Source: Alphaproteobacteria bacterium (GTDB taxonomy: Bacteria > Pseudomonadota > Alphaproteobacteria > JBMOFM01). Taken from it: a DNA stretch of 64,000 nt. The stretch covers positions 21,847-85,846 of the forward strand of contig JBMOFM010000013.1 in NCBI GenBank assembly GCA_049318825.1. Direction: 5' to 3'. Position 1 is the stretch's first letter; each line of letters begins with the position of its first letter. The notes under the pieces are model-generated. The model was given only the letters and a program-made list of their open reading frames with translations, had not been told where the DNA came from and did not search any database. Made by a program: the position numbers and the translations under genes. Of the stretch, positions 47,356 through 58,601 are shown one piece after another.

Positions 47356-48456
47356 ATGCCGTCCCTTACTCGCGCTGATTGTTTAGAAATATTGGGGTTG
47401 GATGGAAAAGAGTTAGACGCTCTATCCACGCCTCAGGCGCAGCTCATCTTGATTACTTCTGCCTATCAAGCGCGGCAGGTTCATTTTCTACCAGAAAATA
47501 ATTTACCGCTGGAGCATAGGAAAGAAAAAAAATCTGCTCAGAGACAATGCCCTGAATGGTTAGAAAATTTAAGAGAGCTGGATGCTGCCTATAGCCAGTT
47601 GGTCTGCAGTCTTCCGGGGGGAAGAAAAACAGTTTTTTTAGGCAGAATTCTTCCATTTGCCGTTATTAATGAGCCGGCCCAAATAATCCCGATTAGTGCA
47701 AGAAAAATTTCATCCATTTTTGAAAAAATGGACTCAAGAAATATCGGTTATTTTGATGGTGAACCAGTATATCCAGCAAAAGCCTTAACTTATAGTGTTA
47801 GTCGTGCTCTTGTGAATGCACAGCAATCATTATTGCTGTGGGCTGGTATAGGAAGCTATATTTCTATCTCCTCCTTGTTGGTTATGTTGATAGCAAGAAC
47901 GTCGGCTACCCTGAAGCCTTCGCAACCCACTCCAGCAGATAGACCAATTTTAGCGATTAATAAGATAGCCAATATTATTAATGACAATGAGTTGGCTGGA
48001 TCTGTTTGTGTGAGTGTAGAACATAAAACCGCCGCATCATTACGAAATATTGATGAGGCCAGCGAAGTGGTGGTGGATTTTGTTGGTGCTTATGATCAGC
48101 ATATGCAATTAACCCCGTTGGCGCGTCGTTTTATGAAAGCTGTTGGCACAACCGAGGTGAGGCCTTCGCGTCATCCACAGGATAAAGACATAAAAAACAC
48201 TGCTCGCCCACCAGATATAATGAGCTTTTATAGTGCTGGTGCGATCACTGGTGTTGCTAGAGAATTATTCGTTAAAGATATAATGCAACAAGCCAGTGAT
48301 AGTAAAATATTGCTGCCAGCCATGGCATTAAAAATAGAAACCAATGGTAGTAGGGCACCATCACTGCCAAAATATTGTATGCTTGGCAGCGCAAGCGAGG
48401 CCAATATCGTGGTACAAAATCGCGCCAATCGCATTCAAATACGGTATAAATTCTAA
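47356..48456 (+). CDS. hypothetical protein (orphan)
   Basis: 366-aa ORF with no recognisable domain; contains one internal hydrophobic stretch (WAGIGSYISISSLLVMLIA). Confidence 0.4.
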   Translation: MPSLTRADCLEILGLDGKELDALSTPQAQLILITSAYQARQVHFLPENNLPLEHRKEKKSAQRQCPEWLENLRELDAAYSQLVCSLPGGRKTVFLGRILPFAVINEPAQIIPISARKISSIFEKMDSRNIGYFDGEPVYPAKALTYSVSRALVNAQQSLLLWAGIGSYISISSLLVMLIARTSATLKPSQPTPADRPILAINKIANIINDNELAGSVCVSVEHKTAASLRNIDEASEVVVDFVGAYDQHMQLTPLARRFMKAVGTTEVRPSRHPQDKDIKNTARPPDIMSFYSAGAITGVARELFVKDIMQQASDSKILLPAMALKIETNGSRAPSLPKYCMLGSASEANIVVQNRANRIQIRYKF

Positions 48457-48480
48457 CAATTGACGCGATAGCGGCTTTTC

Positions 48481-48954
48481 TTATTTATAGTCTATTTTTA
48501 ATATTTCATAAGATTTAGAACCACCAGGCGTTACCACCTCTACTTGGTCTCCCACCCGCTTGCCGATTAAGGCGCGCGCCAGTGGGGCGGTTATGGATAA
48601 TAACCCCTTGGTAATATCTGATTCATATTGGCCAACAATCTGATACGTCACTTCTTCATCGCTATCCTCATCCACCAAAATAATGGTGGCCCCAAACATA
48701 ACGGTTTTTCCTGATAGTTTTGAAGGATCAATAACTTCAGCGCGGCTAATGCGATCTTCTAACTCCAGCACCCTGCCTTCAATAAAGCTTTGTCTCTCTC
48801 TAGCGGCATGATACTCAGCGTTTTCCGATAAATCTCCATGCTCTCTGGCTTCAGCAATTGCCTTAATAACATTGGGGCGTTCTACTGATTTAAGATTTTT
48901 TAGCTCTTCTTGCATGCCGTTGAAACCAACAGCAGTCATTGGTACTCTTTCCAT
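48481..48954 (-). CDS. greA: transcription elongation factor GreA
   Basis: Collinear with E. coli GreA (REHGDLSENAEYHAARERQ...; C-terminal FKBP-like domain); start set to MERVPMTAVGF. Confidence 0.85.
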   Translation of the reverse strand: MERVPMTAVGFNGMQEELKNLKSVERPNVIKAIAEAREHGDLSENAEYHAARERQSFIEGRVLELEDRISRAEVIDPSKLSGKTVMFGATIILVDEDSDEEVTYQIVGQYESDITKGLLSITAPLARALIGKRVGDQVEVVTPGGSKSYEILKIDYK

Positions 48955-49039
48955 TAGTTCTGTCCTTATCTTTTTCTTTAGAAATCTCTTCAAAACGAGT
49001 TAGAAAAGTGAAATTTTTTATTTTTCGCTCACTTCGCGG

Positions 49040-49108
49040 CGGAAAACCACCATTCACAAAGGTGGTTTTCATAGAAATATCTTCAAAACAAATGTTTTGA
49101 AGATATTT
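49040..49108. terminator. convergent/bidirectional hairpins between carB and greA
   Basis: Hairpin AAAACCACC-attcacaa-GGTGGTTTT plus a 38-bp perfect palindrome AGAAATATCTTCAAAACA-AA-TGTTTTGAAGATATTTCT immediately 3' of the carB stop. Confidence 0.5.
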
Positions 49109-52100
49109 CTATAGCGCAGCTTTTTTACTTCCTTTGGTATCAATTGCTGCTGATTCATAACGTAAATATTCTTGTAAAGCCATGACGCCCATGGGGTTTT
49201 TGCTTGTTGCTTCAATGGCCATTACCGCCGCCTTGGCACCGGCTAAAGTGGTATAATAGGGGATGTTGTGCATCAGTGCCGTTCGGCGTAGGCTCAAGCT
49301 ATCGGCGGTGGCTTGTGCGCCTTCAGTGGTATTAAACACCAATTGCACTTTTCCATTAATCATCGCATCCACAATGTGGGGGGAGCCTTCTAAAACCTTA
49401 TTCACTGGTTGGGCGGCAATACCGTGCTCGCGTAGAAATACACAGCTACCCTTGGTGGCTAGAATTGAAAAACCCATGGCAACCAAGCGGTTGGCCAATT
49501 CTACCACTTGCGGTTTGTGTTTATCTTTTACCGAAATAAAACATTGGCCTGTCATGGGCAATTTTACACCAGCCCCCAATTGTGCCTTGGCAAAAGCCAT
49601 GGCAAAATCAGCATCCAACCCCATCACTTCACCGGTAGAGCGCATTTCTGGGCCTAAAATTACATCCACCCCAGGGAAACGGTTGAATGGAAATACCGCT
49701 TCTTTCACGGCGACTTGATGACCAACTGGTTTTAGGTCAAAATTTTCCAGTTTTTCACCAGCCATTACCCGTGCTGCAATTTTTGCAATGGGCACGCCCG
49801 TGGCTTTGGCCACAAAAGGCACGGTGCGCGATGCTCTGGGGTTAACTTCCAGAATAAATATTTTGCCATCCTTCACGGCAAATTGCACATTCATTAGGCC
49901 TTTTACCTGCAATGCTCTGGCCAGCAATTCGGTTTGGCTTTTAATGGCGGCAATGGTGGTGCTATCTAGGGTATAGGGTGGCAGGGCACAAGCAGAATCA
50001 CCAGAATGGATGCCAGCTTCTTCAATATGCTCCATAATGCCAGCCACATACACAGCATGGCCATCACAGATGGCATCCACATCCACCTCAACCGCATCTT
50101 GCAAATAACCATCAATTAACACGGGGTTGGTACCAGAAACCTTCACGGCTTGGGTAATGTATCGTTCTAGGCCAGCCTCATCATGCACAATTTCCATAGC
50201 GCGCCCACCCAAAACATAAGAGGGGCGAATAACCACCGGAAAACCAATCTGGCGGGCAACATCCAAGGCTTCAACCCGTGAACGTGCCATACCATTAGGG
50301 GGCTGCCGCAATTTCAGCGAGTGTAATAATTGCTGAAAACGCTCACGGTCTTCGGCCAGATCAATAGCATCGGGCGAGGTACCCAAAATAGGAATACCCG
50401 ATTTTTGTAGTTCATCCGCCAATTTTAGTGGGGTTTGCCCTCCCAGCTGTACAATCACGCCCAATAATGCGCCATTGGCTTGTTCTATGCGGGCAATTTC
50501 TATCACATCTTCAGCGGTTAATGGCTCAAAATAGAGGCGGTTGGCGGTATCGTAATCGGTGGAAACCGTTTCGGGGTTACAATTCACCATAATTGTTTCA
50601 ATGCCTTGCTCTTTCAAGGCATAGGCCGCATGAACGCAACAATAATCAAATTCAATACCCTGACCAATGCGGTTAGGCCCCCCCCCCAAAATTATCACTT
50701 TTTCACGGGTGCTAGGCTCTGCTTCACAAATACTTTTGCTCCAGCGACCTTCATAGGTGGAATACATATAAGCGGTGGGGGCAGGAAACTCAGCCGCGCA
50801 GCTATCGATGCGCTTAAAAACAGGATGCACGGCAAAACCACGGCGGATAGCCGCCACTTCTTCTTCTGTTTGACGGGTGAGCCGCGCCAAGCGGGCATCG
50901 GCAAAGCCCATTGATTTAAGGTTTCTGATGCCTTGTGCTTCGCGGGGCAGGCCTTCTAGGCGTAATTTTTCTTCTTCAGCAACAATTTCAGCAATTTGCC
51001 GTAAAAACCATGGGTCTATACGGCTAGCATCATGCACATCTTCTACGCTAAAGCCATGACGAAAAGCATCCGCCACCGCTAAAATACGCTCAGGGGTTGG
51101 CCGTGCTAAAGCCGCGCGAATAGCATCCCGATCCGTGCTGGTTTGAGGGCTGCGCATAAAACGCTCTAACTCATCAAAACCTTGCAGGCCTGTTTCTAAA
51201 CCGCGCAAGGCCTTTTGCATGGATTCCTTAAAGTTTCGGCCAATAGCCATCACTTCACCCACTGATTTCATGGCCGTGGTGAGGGTTGAATCGCTGCCGG
51301 GGAATTTTTCAAAAGCAAAGCGGGGAATTTTAGTGACCACATAATCAATGCTGGGTTCAAAACTGGCAGGGGTTACTTGCGTAATATCGTTTTTCAGCTC
51401 ATCCAGCGTGTAACCCACGGCTAATAAAGCCGCCACCTTGGCAATGGGGAAACCCGTGGCCTTAGAGGCCAAAGCAGAAGAACGGCTAACCCGTGGGTTC
51501 ATTTCAATAACCACCATTCGGCCATCCTTAGGATTTAAGCCAAATTGTACGTTTGAACCGCCCGTATCCACCCCAATTTCACGCAATACCGCCAAAGAGG
51601 CGTTACGCATTTTTTGGTATTCTTTATCGGTGAGGGTTAGGGCAGGGGCAACGGTGATGGAATCGCCCGTATGCACGCCCATGGGGTCGATATTTTCAAT
51701 GGAGCAGATAATGATACAATTATCATTTTTATCGCGCACCACCTCCATCTCATATTCTTTCCAACCCAATACCGATTCTTCAACCAGCACTTCGCCCACA
51801 GGGGAGGCTGACAACCCGTGAAAAATAATTTCTTCATATTGTTGGCGGTTATAAGCAATACCCCCGCCCGTACCACCCAAGGTGAAAGATGGGCGGATAA
51901 TAGCAGGCAACCCTACCATTTCTAAGGCTTTTTTTGCGCCTTCCATATCGCGAATTACCACGCTTTTCGGGCTTTCTAGCCCTATTTTGGTCATGGCTTC
52001 ACGAAATAAATGCCGATCTTCTGCCTTATTAATGGCCTCACGGCTGGCACCAATCAATTCAATATTCAAGCGTTCAAGCACGCCCATTTCTGCTAATTTC

Positions 52101-52399
52101 AGTGCGGTGTTTAAGGCTGTTTGCCCGCCCATGGTGGGCAGCAAGGCGCATGGCCGCTCTTTTTCTAATATGCGCGCCACCACTTCAGGGGTGATGGGTT
52201 CAATATAGGTGGCATCCGCCAAATCGGGGTCGGTCATGATGGTGGCGGGGTTAGAATTCACCAACACCACGCGGTAGCCTTCTGCCCGCAAGGCTTTACA
52301 AGCTTGCGCGCCTGAATAATCAAATTCACAGGCTTGGCCAATAATAATTGGGCCAGCCCCAATAATGGCAATGGTTTTTATATCAGTTCTTTTGGGCAT
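49109..52399 (-). CDS. carB: carbamoyl-phosphate synthase large subunit
   Basis: 1096 aa; duplicated ATP-grasp domains, MGS-like C-terminal domain. Confidence 0.95.
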   Translation of the reverse strand: MPKRTDIKTIAIIGAGPIIIGQACEFDYSGAQACKALRAEGYRVVLVNSNPATIMTDPDLADATYIEPITPEVVARILEKERPCALLPTMGGQTALNTALKLAEMGVLERLNIELIGASREAINKAEDRHLFREAMTKIGLESPKSVVIRDMEGAKKALEMVGLPAIIRPSFTLGGTGGGIAYNRQQYEEIIFHGLSASPVGEVLVEESVLGWKEYEMEVVRDKNDNCIIICSIENIDPMGVHTGDSITVAPALTLTDKEYQKMRNASLAVLREIGVDTGGSNVQFGLNPKDGRMVVIEMNPRVSRSSALASKATGFPIAKVAALLAVGYTLDELKNDITQVTPASFEPSIDYVVTKIPRFAFEKFPGSDSTLTTAMKSVGEVMAIGRNFKESMQKALRGLETGLQGFDELERFMRSPQTSTDRDAIRAALARPTPERILAVADAFRHGFSVEDVHDASRIDPWFLRQIAEIVAEEEKLRLEGLPREAQGIRNLKSMGFADARLARLTRQTEEEVAAIRRGFAVHPVFKRIDSCAAEFPAPTAYMYSTYEGRWSKSICEAEPSTREKVIILGGGPNRIGQGIEFDYCCVHAAYALKEQGIETIMVNCNPETVSTDYDTANRLYFEPLTAEDVIEIARIEQANGALLGVIVQLGGQTPLKLADELQKSGIPILGTSPDAIDLAEDRERFQQLLHSLKLRQPPNGMARSRVEALDVARQIGFPVVIRPSYVLGGRAMEIVHDEAGLERYITQAVKVSGTNPVLIDGYLQDAVEVDVDAICDGHAVYVAGIMEHIEEAGIHSGDSACALPPYTLDSTTIAAIKSQTELLARALQVKGLMNVQFAVKDGKIFILEVNPRASRTVPFVAKATGVPIAKIAARVMAGEKLENFDLKPVGHQVAVKEAVFPFNRFPGVDVILGPEMRSTGEVMGLDADFAMAFAKAQLGAGVKLPMTGQCFISVKDKHKPQVVELANRLVAMGFSILATKGSCVFLREHGIAAQPVNKVLEGSPHIVDAMINGKVQLVFNTTEGAQATADSLSLRRTALMHNIPYYTTLAGAKAAVMAIEATSKNPMGVMALQEYLRYESAAIDTKGSKKAAL

Positions 52400-52429
52400 G
52401 GAGGCTTTCCTCGATCTCGGCTGGTGCTT

Positions 52430-53602
52430 TTATGATTTGGTGGTCGCTTCTTGCATGTAATCAATAAAACGCTTGAATAAATAATGGGCATCTTCTGGCC
52501 CGGGGGAAGCCTCGGGGTGATATTGTACCGAAAATACAGGCTTGTTTTTCACGGCAATGCCTTCATTGCTACCATCAAACAGGCTAATATGGGTAATTTC
52601 TACCGTTGCGGGCAGGGTTTCTGGCAACACCATAAAGCCATGATTCTGGCTGGTAATTTCTACCTTGCCCGTTTTTATATCTTTAACGGGGTGGTTACCA
52701 CCGCGATGCCCCAAGCGCATTTTACCAGTTTTAGCCCCTAAAGCTAAGGCCAGTAATTGATGCCCCAAACAAATACCAAAAATGGGTAAGTTTGCGGCCA
52801 ATAAAGCTTGAATAATCGGCACGGCATACATACCCGTGGCGGCAGGATCCCCTGGGCCATTGGATAAAAACACCCCATCTGGCTGAAGACCCAAAATCAC
52901 CGTTGCAGGTGTGTTGGCTGGTACCACGGTCACGCGGCAGCCTTCTTGCACTAAACAGCGCAGAATATTATGTTTTGCACCATAATCAATGGCCACCACA
53001 TGAAAAGGGCGTTTTTCTGGTAAGGGTTTTTCCCAAAGGCCTTGATTCCATTCATAAGTTTCGTCGCAAGTAACCGCTGCGGCTAAATCCAGCCCATTCA
53101 AGCCACTCCATTCTTGGGCTTGCTGCAACAAAGCGGCGAGGTCAAATTTACCATCCGCCTGATGCGCAATCACCCCATTCGGCGCGCCCTTATCACGAAT
53201 ACGGGCGGTTAAGGCGCGGCTATCAATGCCTGCAATTCCAATCAGATTTTTTTGTGTAAGCCACTCATCAAAAGAAATTTCTGAACGCCAATTGGAAGGC
53301 GGTGTGATAACTTCCCGCATGATAACCCCGCGGGCAGCGGGCTGGCGTGATTCCACATCCACAAGATTGCAGCCCACATTACCAATATGGGGAAAGGTAA
53401 AATTGATGATTTGCCCAGCATAGGAGGGGTCGGTAATAATTTCTTGGTAACCACTCATGCTGGTGTTAAAACACACTTCGCCCACGGCATTGCCCGTTGC
53501 ACCCACCCCTTGCCCCCAGAATACATGGCCATCTTCAAGCACAAGAACGGCGGTGGCCACGCGTGGTTGCGGTGGCAAGGTGGCAATAGCAAATTCAGAC
53601 AT
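52430..53602 (-). CDS. carA: carbamoyl-phosphate synthase small subunit (glutamine amidotransferase)
   Basis: 390 aa; class-I GATase triad region (GICLGHQ), CarA N-terminal domain. Confidence 0.95.
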   Translation of the reverse strand: MSEFAIATLPPQPRVATAVLVLEDGHVFWGQGVGATGNAVGEVCFNTSMSGYQEIITDPSYAGQIINFTFPHIGNVGCNLVDVESRQPAARGVIMREVITPPSNWRSEISFDEWLTQKNLIGIAGIDSRALTARIRDKGAPNGVIAHQADGKFDLAALLQQAQEWSGLNGLDLAAAVTCDETYEWNQGLWEKPLPEKRPFHVVAIDYGAKHNILRCLVQEGCRVTVVPANTPATVILGLQPDGVFLSNGPGDPAATGMYAVPIIQALLAANLPIFGICLGHQLLALALGAKTGKMRLGHRGGNHPVKDIKTGKVEITSQNHGFMVLPETLPATVEITHISLFDGSNEGIAVKNKPVFSVQYHPEASPGPEDAHYLFKRFIDYMQEATTKS

Positions 53603-53776
53603 GGGGTTTTCCTGGCTGTTTTAGGATACGCTTTTTAACCGAGTTTCATGCCAGATAAATAACAAAAAAACCAGTGAGCAAAGAAACGCAGCCCCATAAA
53701 ATATATATTGTTAAAATTAGATATAATTAGTAATATAAATGACGTTACATTCTAATAGCGTAATTAAGCAATAATC

Positions 53777-54702
53777 ATGGATGATGTATCCTTAAAAAAA
53801 TTAGCTCAAGAATCCATGGGCAATGAAACTGCGAGTGAAGCAGGCAGTAGATTTCTTCAAGCAAAGGGATTGAGTGGTGCAGCCAGTGTAATATATAAAA
53901 CTGAAATGCTGGATGAATATGGTGAGCAAGGGTATTTTGATGTGCCGCATGAATTTCATCATATTTTATTAGCATTATTTACTGGTAGCGAACTAGATAT
54001 AAGCGTAAAAGCAGAAATTTTAATATTGCTAGGGCAGGATGTCCAAGAATATTCTCACAATGAGAAGGTGCATCAAGCAACAATACCGCCATTACACCTT
54101 TTTATGGGCGATGCGTTACAAGCAGTATATAAAAGCTTTTACTATGGTGTTTGCTCTCACTCTTTCCGCGAAGAGCAGTTAGTTTTACGGGTGGCAGAAT
54201 ATTTACAAAACCACACCAGCTTGGATGTGGAGCTTATTAAACAACGGTTTGGCAGTGATTTTTTTATAAAACAGGCTAAGGATGCCATTAATAACCCCGA
54301 TTATTTTGAACGAGACTATGAAAATATCAGCGATTTTATTAAACAACAGGGGGAATCGATTGCCTTTAATAAACAAGATCCCGCCAAAGCCTTGTGGGAA
54401 CAGCAAAACCCCAACCAAGCCTAGAAGAAATGGCCTTGGCCTATGTGTTTTATAACCATAGTGCGCAAGCAGCCAATGATTATATACAACAACACCCCGA
54501 ACAATATGAAGGCCACACGAAATTTTACGAATTAAATTTTGCCGAGCGCGAGGCTTTTCCTATAGTAGCACTGGTGCCGGATATATCGCGCCGTGCCCTA
54601 AAAGCAGAGGCGGCACTTTTATTAGAAGAAACAGTGGGGACGCAACCCACCCATTCTCAAAGCGTTTCAAAACCTTCAGTAAAAAACATCCTGAAAATCT
54701 AA
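53777..54702 (+). pseudogene. hypothetical protein split into two overlapping frames (53777-54424 frame 2; 54394/54430-54702 frame 1), possible frameshift
   Basis: Two same-strand ORFs overlap by about 30 nt around the homopolymeric tract CAGCAAAACCCCAACC; neither half has a recognisable family. Confidence 0.3.
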
Positions 54703-54784
54703 AAAAGGCCGCAGAACCTATGGGGTTTTGCAGCCTTTTTGCTTTAATATTATGGTCATTCTATCAGTGGAATGACCATAATAT

Positions 54785-55693
54785 TTATGGTTTAGCTGCT
54801 GGTGCAGCGGGTTTTAATAGCTCTGCTGGTGTTTGTACGATGGCGCTGCCACCACCAAAATTAAGAACGGCTGGTACTTGGCCATTCCATTTTTGTGTAA
54901 GAAAATAGGCAGCTACGTTCTCTGAGCCAATTTCTTTGACTAAGGTTCTATAAGCTTCGGCTTGTTTTTGGGTAGCGTAAGCGGTAGCATCGGCATTAAT
55001 TTTTATAGCATTAGCATCGCCCTGCGCTTTAATGGCCGTTGTTTTTGCTTCCACTTCAATTTGTTGTTGTTCTGTTTGTTTTTGAGTAAGTACAGCCTTA
55101 GCTTGTGCAGCCTGAGCGATTCCCTGTTCAAAACCCTGTTCAAACTTAAAATTGGCTACCTGTGTGGTCACAATTTCCAGCCCCAACAATTTAGAAGCTT
55201 CGCGCTCCACTTCTACTGTAACATCTTTAATAATCTGTTCACGATTAAAGGCAATATCTTGCGCATTATTTTTGCCCAGCACAATTTTCATGGCATTGGT
55301 GGCCGTGCTTTGCAATGTTTGTTGATAATTGGGGTTTCTTTCCAGAATTTCTATTACTTTGTCTTGCGGTATTCTGTAAATAACCGTTAACTCAACATGG
55401 ATTTTTTGGTTATCCTTAGTGTAGGTTTCCAAATTACCAATTTCTAAATGCTGTTGGCTTAAATCCATGGCTTTCACCGAACGCCATGGCAGCTTAAACG
55501 AAAGACCGGGTTGTCTGAACTCTGAAGGCTTAAGGGTAACTATTCTACCAAATTCGTAATCCACACCCACTTCTGTTTGCTTAAGTGTTTGTACCGACGT
55601 AAAAATAGTTGTGAGCGTTAGGCCGCCCCCAATACCTGCTACAGCAATATTGCCCCAGTTCCACTCATTCTCATCGTTACGAAGAAAACCCAT
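54785..55693 (-). CDS. SPFH/band-7 (HflC/prohibitin-like) membrane protein
   Basis: 302 aa; N-terminal TM anchor, SPFH domain, Ala/Gln-rich coiled-coil C-terminus. Confidence 0.75.
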   Translation of the reverse strand: MGFLRNDENEWNWGNIAVAGIGGGLTLTTIFTSVQTLKQTEVGVDYEFGRIVTLKPSEFRQPGLSFKLPWRSVKAMDLSQQHLEIGNLETYTKDNQKIHVELTVIYRIPQDKVIEILERNPNYQQTLQSTATNAMKIVLGKNNAQDIAFNREQIIKDVTVEVEREASKLLGLEIVTTQVANFKFEQGFEQGIAQAAQAKAVLTQKQTEQQQIEVEAKTTAIKAQGDANAIKINADATAYATQKQAEAYRTLVKEIGSENVAAYFLTQKWNGQVPAVLNFGGGSAIVQTPAELLKPAAPAAKP

Positions 55694-55851
55694 ATTAATC
55701 CCCCATATTTTATATGTTACTGCTCATATTTTTTTTGAGTAAAGAGCAGCCTTGCAAATACTCCAATAAAGTGTAGTTGCGGTATTTTCAACCACAAAGC
55801 ACAGTAAAAATGGGGATAAGATAAAATAGTTATAAAATTTCTTTTTTCTCA

Positions 55852-57666
55852 TCAGGGAGAGGATTTCACCTCAAAAACCGCCTGCTTAGTAAAAGCGTTG
55901 GCGCGTTCTATCTGCCGCTTGAACACGAAATTTGGTAAATTATCGGCTGTTATAAAAGTGGTTTTTTTCTGGGATAGTAACCCCACTTGCTGGCAATAAA
56001 GCCCGCTATGTTCTAGTAGCATTAAAAAATCGGTGAGGCTACACGGGCGAATATGGGGGGCATTCCACCAACCATCATCCTTGCCGCTTTCACCTTCCAA
56101 TATGGGTACACGGCCAGCCAGCCACCCTTGTAGCCGTACCCGCCAATGGCCATAATTGCTGAATGAGACCAACACTGTTTTGCCAATGCGTGCTAGTTCG
56201 GCCAGCACCATGGCTGGATTCTTTAACGATTGCAGCGCCTTGGATAGCACCACCACATCAAAAGATTGATTGGCATAGGTTACCAAATCTGTTTCGGCAT
56301 CGCCCTGAATAACCGATAATCCCCGTGCTAGTGCTTTTTCTACGCCTTCACGGCTAATTTCCAAGCCAAAGCCTTGGGCATTTTTTTCTATAATTAAGCT
56401 TTCTAATAAACTACCATCGCCGCAGCCCACATCCAGCACTTTTGCCCCTTCTGGAATAAAATCACACAGCATTTGTAAATCTGCCCGTAACGCCGGTTTA
56501 TTGGCGGGTTGCAGTGGTTTTTTTGCGGTAACTGGCAATTGATAATCACGGGCGCAGCGTTCTAAAAAACCTTCCACCACGCGGTAAAAATCTGGCTCTT
56601 CCAGCAAAAAGGCATCATGCCCCTTATCGGTGATAATTTCTGCAAAGCTTACATCCACACCGGCTGCATTTAATGCCAAAACCATGTGGCGTGATTCCAC
56701 CGTGGGAAACAGCCAATCGCTACTAAAGGAAACCACTAGAAAACGGGCAGGGCAATGGCGAAAAGCTTCTGCAATATGCCCATTATGTTCTGCGCCCAAA
56801 TCAAAATAATTGGTGGCACGGGTAATATAAAGGTAAGAATTGGCATCAAAGCGCGCCACAAAACTATGGCCTTGATGGCGTAAATAGCTTTCTATCTGAA
56901 AATCTGCAGCAAAACTGAAACTTAATTTATCATCAGTTTGCAATTTACGACCAAATTTACGTTGCAAGGCACTTTCAGAAAGATAGGTGATATGGGTGGC
57001 CATGCGCGCCACAGCCAAGCCTCTGGCTGGCTTTAACCCCAATAACGGGTAACGCCCTTCCATCCAATCGGGGTCTGCCATAATGGCTTGGCGCGCTACC
57101 TCATGAAACCCCATATTCTGCGCCGAGTGACGGCAAGCGGTGGCAATCGGCATTACGGCAAATATTTTTTGGGGATAATCCGCCGCCCATTGTAAGGCTT
57201 GCATCCCCCCCATGGAAGCACCCACCACGCAAAATAATTGCTCTATACCCAAATGCTCGATTAATTTACTTTGAGCCCGTACCATATCGGCAATAGTAAT
57301 AACAGGAAAAGACAAGCCATAAGGCTCCCCCGTGTTGGGGTTAAGGCTGGAAGGGCCAGTAGAGCCCATGCACCCGCCCAGAATATTACTGCAAATCACA
57401 AAATAGCGTTCAGTATCAATGGGTTTGCCCTTACCCACCAAATTAGACCACCAGCCTTCTTTGCCAGTAATGGGGTGTTGATCGGCTACAAACTGATCAC
57501 CCGTGGTAGCATGGCAAATTAAAATTGCATTATTGCGTTTGGCATTTAATGTGCCATAGGTTTGATAGGCTAATTGCCAAGGTGAGAGTGTAGCACCGCT
57601 ATCAAGTGGCAGGGGTGCTTCCGCTATAAAATATTGGCAAGGCAGGACATTATTATCTATGGTCAT
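55852..57666 (-). CDS. metXW: fused homoserine O-acetyltransferase MetX / methionine biosynthesis protein MetW
   Basis: 604 aa. Residues 1-380 form the MetX alpha/beta-hydrolase domain ([13 protein letters not shown] nucleophile elbow). Residues about 400-604 form a MetW-like SAM-MTase domain ([13 protein letters not shown]). The two are joined in frame by a Pro/Lys-rich linker. Confidence 0.8.
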   Translation of the reverse strand: MTIDNNVLPCQYFIAEAPLPLDSGATLSPWQLAYQTYGTLNAKRNNAILICHATTGDQFVADQHPITGKEGWWSNLVGKGKPIDTERYFVICSNILGGCMGSTGPSSLNPNTGEPYGLSFPVITIADMVRAQSKLIEHLGIEQLFCVVGASMGGMQALQWAADYPQKIFAVMPIATACRHSAQNMGFHEVARQAIMADPDWMEGRYPLLGLKPARGLAVARMATHITYLSESALQRKFGRKLQTDDKLSFSFAADFQIESYLRHQGHSFVARFDANSYLYITRATNYFDLGAEHNGHIAEAFRHCPARFLVVSFSSDWLFPTVESRHMVLALNAAGVDVSFAEIITDKGHDAFLLEEPDFYRVVEGFLERCARDYQLPVTAKKPLQPANKPALRADLQMLCDFIPEGAKVLDVGCGDGSLLESLIIEKNAQGFGLEISREGVEKALARGLSVIQGDAETDLVTYANQSFDVVVLSKALQSLKNPAMVLAELARIGKTVLVSFSNYGHWRVRLQGWLAGRVPILEGESGKDDGWWNAPHIRPCSLTDFLMLLEHSGLYCQQVGLLSQKKTTFITADNLPNFVFKRQIERANAFTKQAVFEVKSSP

Positions 57667-57870
57667 GGTTTAGCAATAACATATAAAATTAGGTTGCGTG
57701 AAAAATATCTGTTAGCACGGCAGCGTTGCTGATATTAAATAAAATTTCATTGGGAATACAATAGACAAATTAGTGACCGATAACCCGTAATTCTTAACCT
57801 GAATATGAGCACATGCGTAAAATACGCAAGGCTGCAAGTGAGAGGGTTGAACAAAAAGGCTGAGTAAAAA

Positions 57871-58584
57871 ATGGTGGATATACAAGAAAAGCTTTTCCAT
57901 TATCGTGCAGAGATCAACCGGTTGGATGCCACGATGCAAGAAGCATTACAGCAGCGCTTTTCAATGGTTAAAGAAATTGCGGCCTTAAAACCAGCCAGTG
58001 AGTTGCCTTTACGCCTTGTGAGAGAGGCGCAAATCATGGAAGCACGGTTGGATGCACACGAACCACCCTTACCATTAAGCACTTTATGGGCAATCTGGCG
58101 TGAAATTATCGGGGCCAGTAGCCTGCAGCAGCGTCCATTTACGGTGGCTACCTTGAAAGCCGAGCCCTTGGCATCGTTAATGGCGCGGGATATGTTTGGG
58201 GTGGAGGCCAGTTTATTGCAGGTGAGTACATCATTGCAACTGGCAGAAATCTTGTTGAAAGGCAAGATGGTGGCCATGGTATCGCCCGCTATTGCCATGC
58301 GTTTAGCCTTACAATATCAAGGAAAATTATGGGTGGGTGGCAGTTTTACTGGGTGGCGCAAAGGCTTGCAGGAAGAATGTTGGCTGCTTTCTTCTCTTGC
58401 GCCGGAAATGGCAGAAAAATCATTGGTATTGAGTGCCATGCCTTATGAAGCTGATAATGCAGAGAATGTATTATTGCCAGAAGAATGGCTGGTTACTATT
58501 AATCATATCCCTTATTTGGTAAAGCTTTCAGACCAATCACATGGTGTGTTATTGGGGCGTTGGCTGCCTGTTTTTTTCGAATAG
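57871..58584 (+). CDS. chorismate mutase (AroQ) domain protein with C-terminal domain of unknown function
   Basis: N-terminal about 90 aa matches the AroQ pattern (YRAEINRLDATMQEALQQRFSMVKEIAALK); the rest is unassigned. Confidence 0.55.
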   Translation: MVDIQEKLFHYRAEINRLDATMQEALQQRFSMVKEIAALKPASELPLRLVREAQIMEARLDAHEPPLPLSTLWAIWREIIGASSLQQRPFTVATLKAEPLASLMARDMFGVEASLLQVSTSLQLAEILLKGKMVAMVSPAIAMRLALQYQGKLWVGGSFTGWRKGLQEECWLLSSLAPEMAEKSLVLSAMPYEADNAENVLLPEEWLVTINHIPYLVKLSDQSHGVLLGRWLPVFFE

Positions 58585-58601
58585 TTGATTAAAGGTTATA
58601 A

